Assembly (NCBI GenBank): GCA_002633005.1
Contig: NMRA01000306.1
Coordinates: forward strand, 148,535 to 187,446
DNA length: 38,912 nucleotides
Direction of reading: 5' to 3'
From: Phoronis australis
Lineage: Eukaryota; Animalia; Phoronida
Below are positions 33,101 through 38,912 of this stretch, one piece after another. The notes beneath the pieces were generated by a model. That model saw only the letters and a list, made by a program, of their open reading frames with translations, searched no databases and was not told where the DNA came from. The stretch's first letter is position 1. Every line of letters begins with the position of its first letter. The translations under genes and the position numbers were made by a program.

Positions 33101-36100
33101 AGGACAGAGTTTGTGCAAAATTTTAATTGGTCTTTCCAAAATTCAAGAATTACAATCAACAGCAAAGAGCATCCACCACCATACTATGGGAACACGCGTG
33201 AAAATTTTTCTTCTGTGGCTATTTTCTATGATTTTATGAACTGTCAAATTGTATTTTCAAACTGCAACATTTGAGGAATAGGATTAACACCATAATCACC
33301 CATGTCCCAATCTTCAGAATCAAGAAAATTCTATTCTGCCTTCAACTTCAGTGTCCCAAATTTTAGAGGCTATCCCAAACTGGAGAATTTTATCCTAATG
33401 GCAAAGTAAAACTGAGGCCAGTGTGTGAGATTTAAACTTTCAACCTATTTCATAATTTTCATGCTTAAATTGATCTGATACCTCTGAAGAGACCACTGGT
33501 TTAAAAAAAATATTTGTTCATAGTTCATATTGTATGTTTTTTGCAGACGTGATATTCAAGATGGATGATGGCAATGTGGCTGCGCATAAGCTTCTTCTTG
33601 TGTCGCGCTGTGAAATGATGGAAGCCATGTTTTGTGATGATTTCAAAGAGAGTTCAGCTAAAATGGTATAGCATATTTCTGTAGTAGGGGAAGTGCCAAA
33701 AATGTTTATGCAGTGACAAGCTTGTCCTTGACAGGAAGGATACATGTAGGTCTCAGCTGGGAAGAAGGCAGTCATACTGTCATTACAGCCATGGTATAAA
33801 CTTAAGAAAGAAGGCAGTCATACTGTCATTGCAGTCATGGTATAAAGGCAGTCATACTGTCATTACAGTCATGGTATAAACTTGTCAAAGTTAACAAAAT
33901 CATGTCTTTTAGAGGTTTTCTAAATGTAGTACTGACAACTTGGGCAGTCACTAAAATTTGGAATACTGAAATTCAAGCGGAAATTTGTTGAGCTGGGTCT
34001 AATAACATACTGACTTGACTGCTATAGGTTCCTTTCCCTGGGGTGAACAGCTGTACATTCGTAGCCTTACTGGAGTACCTCTACAGAGGTCACTGTCCTT
34101 CCCTGGCAGAGGTTGATGTCATTGAGTTGATCAGTCTGGCAAATAGGTTGTGTCTCACTCACTTGGTGGCGCTAGTGGAGAGTCAGGTGATCAAAAGCAT
34201 GACCTGTGAAAGAGATGACGGCCAGGACATCACCAAGGATACATTGTATCTGTTGGAATCAGCTCAGGTTTGTTGACTTACTCGTGAAAGTGGCTTGTGA
34301 TCGGGTTAGCAATTTAGTGTTTTGAGACCTCAGAGGGTGTTAAAAAGGGGGCAGTTTTACGTTTTACTCATGTGCATAACTTGTCTTAGGCACTGTGAGT
34401 TGAAGAATTTAATGGAATATTTTTCGTAAGAGTTTTGATACATTCAGCATTTGGTGATGCCGTATCAAAATTACCTTAAAAACATGTGGGTTTTCGATGT
34501 ACCCTCGTATGTGTTAAAGGTGGTTTAACGATGTTGCATGTTAACAAATCATCATCATGAAAATTGGTAGTGAGAAATTCTTACATTTTGACAACTGTTG
34601 TTAAAGCTGCTATATAGCTGTCATTCTGAAATATTTTGGGGTCTAAAAATATTACTACAATTATCTGATCTTGAGCTTGAAAATGCTGGGAAGGATGAAT
34701 TCTGAACTTAAAATTAACAAATTGATTTGCGGAGGTGACTTCTCTGTCTTTCGGACAAACTCAAGACTTGTAATGACTGAGTTGACTACAGTGAATGGTA
34801 TTGTGTTTTCTTGTTAAGGTTTCATATTGAGTTTTGTCATCTTTCAATTTAGGCATTTACCCATTAAGTTTGTTAGAATTTCGTTTTTGTTATTCATTGT
34901 TGTTGTAAAGAACTTAAACCATGCTTTTTATATTCAAGCTTCATAATGCTGCCTACCTGGCTACATTTTGTCTCCATCATCTCAGTATGAACTACAGCAC
35001 CCTCTGTGACAGCCATTCAGAGTTACTGAAGTGCCTGTCTGCGGAAAATAAACACTATTTGATGGTTCATAGATGGCCTCCACTTTGGTAAGAATATGGA
35101 TACATATTCACTGCTGTTATGGTTGTGGCAATTAGCTTTCATGACAAACCCACTGTTGTCCTAGTTGAGTGCAGTGAGCTGCAGGTAGCCCAGTGCCAAA
35201 CACATGTCCATCAGGGCTGGATTGCATAAAACTTCAAAGTTATCTGCTGGATAAGTTTGATTGTTGTATTACGACAGGTGCATTGTTCAACAAAGCAATG
35301 TGACGCGTGATAATGTGACGTCATTTTTGCTATACTGTGCATTCAACCTAGTCTTGTTAGAGATGGTTAAGTAAACAGAGCCACGATGTTACAGGTAATA
35401 CATAGATTATTGAGCCATTCCTAGATTGCTAAGTGAATGATATAAAGGGTCCATCACAATGCTGATGAGGGGGTATAATTGATTTTAAATAAATACCTTG
35501 GTAGGGTATCATTTTCAACAATTGAAGTGACCCTCCTGGAGTGACTCATGTAAGACAATTGAAGTGACTCTCCCTGGAGTGACTCCTGTAAGACAATTGA
35601 AGTGACCCTCCCTGGAGTGACTCATGTAAGACAATTGAAGTGACCCTCCCTGGAGTGACTCCTGTAAGACAATTGACGTGACCCTCCCTGGAGTGACTCA
35701 TGTAAGACAACTGGGAACAACTCTTTCCTTTTTGTATTACGTGCAATTTGTTTTTCCCTGCAGTCTGTTGTTTACCCTCTTCATACGGAGTGAACTCAAC
35801 TAATTGTGATTAATGTCAATACTCTAACTGTAGAATTGAATGGTTGACTGCTACAAAAGTGATCTAAACTTTTAGTTTGCTTTGTTTGAATTTTTTTTCT
35901 GGGATTGGCGAGAATAAGTGGGTTAGAATGAACTTGACATATAGTTGGAACTGATGGGTTGTTGTTTCCGTCAACAGTACTACGTATCACTAATAAAACT
36001 GGAAACAGGTTGGACACTAGATGATGATATTATGGCATGGAACTTTAACACTTGAAGTGATTTTCCGTCACAAAAAATGACTATTGGTTTAGACGACATA

Positions 36101-36850
36101 CGTTTTTTGGGAAAATTAGTCTCGAATTGTTGGAATCAGAGCTTCGAAAGAACTACTGATAAGTATGGTCTCAGGGAATAATAAACTACCATTTTTTGTA
36201 AACTTAGAAAAATCCTTTCTCATCAGAGCCGGGAACAAGTTGTGGACAATTTTATAATGTTATGTGGTCAAAATCCGCAGTTTGCTAAATGTAGGTTTGT
36301 ACCCGCTTAAAGTAATACTGTAAACTCTCACCAACTGAGGACACAGTATGGCGGTCAAGGAAAATTTTTTTCTCAGTTTTCCTTAAAATAGTCAATGTGT
36401 TGAATTGGTGCTTTTCCATGCTCGAGTTGCGTATGATAGCCACCATACAAGACAATATTTTGAAACATTTTGGGCATTCGCAACAGTGTTAAAGCCCTGG
36501 AAAATCATCAAACGAAAATTTTGGCAATTATTTTTATCAAAAATTAGTGAGATTTTGCCACACTACTAAACATTTTCTTTTTGGAGGCTGTCATAGTGAA
36601 CTAGCTTACCTGGTTTGTTTGTTTGTTCAAAAACTTTGAAATTTTCAAATTAATAACAAAATGGTTCTTTCACACCAAAAGGTATGTGAGAGAGGTTGCC
36701 TATTTTGAGCGACAGGCGAGTGTACCGGAAGATCTGATGGAGGAGAAGGAAGAACAGGAAGAGAGTAGCAGACGTCAGGAAGTCAACATTGGATGTCTGT
36801 GTTTTATGAGGTGCAGAAGGCAGAAACCTAGAGGTGATGACAATGTCTGA
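20911..36850 (+). CDS. RHOBTB: Rho-related BTB domain-containing protein (RhoBTB1/2-like); 9 coding exons, 727 aa
   Basis: Spliced CDS of 2184 nt with matching phases. Rho domain ([43 protein letters not shown]), Pro-rich linker, split BTB1, BTB2 ([15 protein letters not shown]), C-terminal HNA..LA..CLHH..NY and HRWPPLWY motifs characteristic of RhoBTB. Confidence 0.93.
21167..21382 (+). mobile_element. MITE related to the element at 19826
   Basis: Shares gttg.atgaaacagtcccaaatag and cttaaattagggg..ttgcatgaaaa.at.cctact with 19829-20036. Confidence 0.6.
24041..24170. repeat. Degenerate approx. 20-21 bp GC-rich tandem repeat
   Basis: About six units of aaa(c/t)(a/g)(t/g)gaccgcc...; resembles transposon subterminal repeats. 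Confidence 0.65.
25700..26250 (+). mobile_element. Relic of the Helentron/DINE-like family seen at 38500
   Basis: tttcagatggatttgacataatttgcaccatctagtggccattttt (about 26198-26243) matches tttcggatggattcgacatagtttgcgccacctagtggccattttt (38821-38866). Confidence 0.6.
26683..26786 (+). CDS. RHOBTB: RhoBTB coding exon 2 ([35 protein letters not shown])
   Basis: Not in the ORF track; acceptor tttttcatttag|, donor AAG|gtatag; G3 motif WDTFG. Confidence 0.92.
28449..28660. repeat. 43-bp minisatellite, 4 near-identical units plus partials
   Basis: tcatgtgttgagctgtacctgtggagcgttaaactgtggttta starting at 28461, 28504, 28547, 28590, partial at 28633. Confidence 0.95.
29135..29326 (+). CDS. RHOBTB: RhoBTB coding exon 3 (ADVVLVCFS...GCQADLRY...GQLFR), ending at a GC donor
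   Basis: Acceptor ccctttgttttcag|A; the only phase-2 donor compatible with 29831 is CAG|gcatgt. Confidence 0.88.
29345..29605. repeat. C/T-rich low-complexity polypyrimidine tract
   Basis: Runs such as ctttcccccctctcccctcctttgcccgccctcct; strongly purine-poor. Confidence 0.8.
29831..30661 (+). CDS. RHOBTB: RhoBTB coding exon 4 (end of GTPase domain, Pro-rich region, split BTB1)
   Basis: Acceptor tttgtcttctag|A; within ORF 29820..30665; donor CTG|gtagga, phase 2. Confidence 0.92.
31960..32141 (+). CDS. RHOBTB: RhoBTB coding exon 5 ([19 protein letters not shown]...[16 protein letters not shown]...GLLA)
   Basis: Not in the ORF track; acceptor cttccactttcag|C, donor CAG|gtgagt; phases 2/1 fit. 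Confidence 0.88.
32189..32311. repeat. 24-bp minisatellite, 5 units
   Basis: agtacc(t/a)gacaaaagt(a/t)atctgac at 32191, 32215, 32239, 32263, 32287. Confidence 0.92.
32332..32584. mobile_element. MITE with CAG(T/G)GGTGGAT termini and 5-bp TSD
   Basis: cagtggtggatttagag ... tcctggatccacccctg; GTCAT at 32327-32331 and 32585-32589. Confidence 0.78.
33547..33665 (+). CDS. RHOBTB: RhoBTB coding exon 6 (BTB2 start: [40 protein letters not shown])
   Basis: Acceptor ttttttgcag|AC, donor ATG|gtatag. Confidence 0.92.
33762..33883. repeat. Tandem repeat, 3 copies of aaggcagtcatactgtcatt.cag.catggtataaa
   Basis: Read directly; unit length about 36-46 bp. Confidence 0.88.
34028..34267 (+). CDS. RHOBTB: RhoBTB coding exon 7 (VPFPGV...LLEYLY...LANRLCL..LV...LLESAQ)
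   Basis: Acceptor ctatag|GTT, donor CAG|gtttgt, 240 nt, phase 0/0. Confidence 0.92.
34939..35087 (+). CDS. RHOBTB: RhoBTB coding exon 8 ([19 protein letters not shown]...HRWPPLW)
   Basis: Acceptor tttttatattcaag|CTT, donor TTG|gtaaga. Confidence 0.9.
35213..35338 (+). repeat. Dispersed repeat copy B (matches 6781-6906)
   Basis: agggctggattgcataaaacttcaaagttatctgctggataagtttgattg... Confidence 0.8.
35518..35710. repeat. 38-bp minisatellite, 5 units
   Basis: attgaagtgaccctccctggagtgactc(a/c)tgtaagaca at 35521, 35558, 35596, 35634, 35672. Confidence 0.95.
36682..36850 (+). CDS. RHOBTB: RhoBTB last coding exon ([10 protein letters not shown]...[19 protein letters not shown])
   Basis: Phase-2 acceptor ccaaaag|G completes the conserved WPPxWY motif; stop TGA 36848-36850. 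Confidence 0.82.
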
Positions 36851-38498
36851 TCACCTGTGTTGGTGATAGAGGACACGAAGTGAACGTAGGATGTCTGGGA
36901 CCCATGTCTAGGAAACTGACTCAGCAAAGACAAATCTTAAACTTTAAAATCAATTTCAAGATAAAACTTCAATTTGTCTGAAGTCTGTTCTGAGAAAATG
37001 AACTTAAGTTTGACTTAATTTTTTGACGTAGATTTTGTCTTAATTTTGATGTAACTTAATTACCAGTTATGGAAGTTTCAAAGTTTGGAGGTTAAGACAA
37101 ATCTTGAGACTGTTCTTTGTTGGCTGTGTGGAAGGCAACGGTTTAGCTGATGTCAATTCACTTTTTGCTGAATGAACAGATGCATATCCTAGAGCATAGA
37201 TTTGTGCCATATGAGTCTTCTAATATAGAATCCAGAAAGTGCCACTGGTGAACGTTAGCTTAGTAAGCCAGGTGAAAGTTGCTTGTGCTTTCGGAGAGGG
37301 AATATTTTTATTTGAAAGGAAAATCTCGTGGCCAAAACTAACATTTTGCAGAAGTGAGTCTCATCTTGAGAATTTTTCAATCAATGGAGGGAAACTTGGG
37401 ATGATGTTTAAATATTTTTCATAGAGGAATGGGACCTCAAAATTGAGGCATGGAAGACCTTGTAATATATGGTATGGGTAGTTGATTTTGGAGACTGCGA
37501 TTGATGTTACTTGACTGTTTACCTGTATCTAAATTGAAGTTCTTGCCGCCTGAAACACTACTTAATTGAAGTGAGATGTGTGTTTATGTTTGCTGGTGGT
37601 GGTGGTGCTCCGGGTGACAGTTATTCCATAGAACTTGGTGTATATGATACCTCACCATATCGATAAAAAGTCCTATAACAGCATAACTTGATTGTATTGT
37701 ATTGACTGTAACCAGTGAAATCCATATCTGATGTGAGCATGACTGTGTGAGTTAGTGTATTAGATTACACGCACAGCTGATGTCAATATGACAGTGTGCT
37801 GTATTGGCTGGAACTAGCTGAACTGTACGACATTGTGATTTGTAGTATTGTAGTGGCTGTGTGAAGCACAAGCTGGTATCCCTGTGACTGTGGTGCTTTA
37901 CTTTATTGATGGAACCAGCCGAAACAGTGTTGTTGTCACACAGCAGTTGTGTTTTTTGTGTTACACTCTGAAATATATGTAGCTGAACCTGAAACCACTA
38001 AACTTTACCCGAGATGATGAACACAAAAAATACCAATCACATAGAATTTGAGTTTCCACAAAACGCACTTTCCAGTGGATCAGTTTTCGAGCAGTCTCAA
38101 GTGAGTGTGGTTGTCTCTAGCTCAGATGTCAATGTGAGGCAATGGCTAAGACATCTGATTGATTTGTAAGCCTGAAGGCGGCGCTTCGAGAACTAATCCA
38201 TTTTGACTGCTTTCCACTTGGTTGCTTGAAATGGGATATATCGTTGGCTTGTACAGTTGCGTTTTTTCTAGTCTAAAATTCTCGAAATTTTGCAGCTAAT
38301 ATTTCAGAGGACTTAATAGTGATATTTGTAATATAAATGGCTTTTTGCATTTTCGCTGTTAGTTCAACTACTGTTAAAGGGACGTTATAGGTTTTATTGC
38401 CGAAAAATGCATTTTGTCGATAATTGTTGATTAGGATACGTATGAAGTTATTAGCTTGGACCAGAGCTGTAAAACTGTAGAATCTGTTGTTTTTGTGA

Positions 38499-38912
38499 TT
38501 TTATTATGCGCCCACATATTTATATGTGGACGCATTATGCCGTCATCTCTGTCCGTCCGTCCGTCCGTCCGTCCGTCCGTCCGGCGTCCGCTGCTCTATC
38601 TCCAAAACCATTCGACATACGTTCATGAAATTTGGCACATATGTTCCATTCATGAATGGGACGGCATGTGCGAACTTTCGGACGGATCCGACTACCGATG
38701 TGCCCCCTAGTGGCAATTTTAGTTTTTTACGCTTACCTTTGTATCTTCAAAAATCCTGAACGGATTTTCATGAAATTTGGTATGTAGGCACCTAGTAGTG
38801 AGATGACGCTATCCTGCCATTTTCGGATGGATTCGACATAGTTTGCGCCACCTAGTGGCCATTTTTAGTGTTTTCGAGTCTGTTTTTGTGCTTCCACCCC
38901 TCTATCAACCAA
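38499..38912 (+). mobile_element. Helentron/DINE-1-like non-autonomous element (runs off the window)
   Basis: T-run, stem-loop tatgcgcccacatat...atatgtggacgcatta, (GTCC)n microsatellite at about 38551-38590, then internal repeats with a 145-bp period (ttcatgaaatttgg at 38622 and 38767). Confidence 0.75.

Noticed and set aside
36045-36492. TTAA-CACT...AGTG-TTAA piggyBac-like element
   Set aside because: Only 4 bp of terminal complementarity; insufficient support.

Overview
AT-rich, intron-containing eukaryotic DNA, most consistent with an invertebrate animal (inferred from gene content and repeat types; species not identifiable). Two spliced + strand genes can be reconstructed with consistent intron phases. 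(1) A single-CRD TNF-receptor-superfamily type I membrane protein (wengen-like architecture): join(790..805,5033..5509,10608..10966), 283 aa, with a probable poly(A) signal at 13336. (2) An atypical Rho GTPase RhoBTB (RhoBTB1/2-like): join(20911..21108,26683..26786,29135..29326,29831..30661,31960..32141,33547..33665,34028..34267,34939..35087,36682..36850), 727 aa, with a non-canonical GC-AG intron and a probable non-coding first exon ending at 16527. A possible head-to-head gene starts on the - strand at 385. Non-coding space holds many non-autonomous DNA-transposon elements (9-, 7- and 5-bp target-site duplications; Helentron/DINE-like elements) and minisatellites. The most notable observations are: the putative RhoBTB promoter motifs lie inside a MITE whose inverted sister copy in intron 1 lacks them; twin DR4 nuclear-receptor elements; an out-of-frame duplicate of the RhoBTB C-terminal Cys motif just past the stop; and CTCF-like motifs carried by a repeat family. 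I see no prokaryotic-type or wholly novel multi-gene system; all calls are by-eye and unverified by database search.
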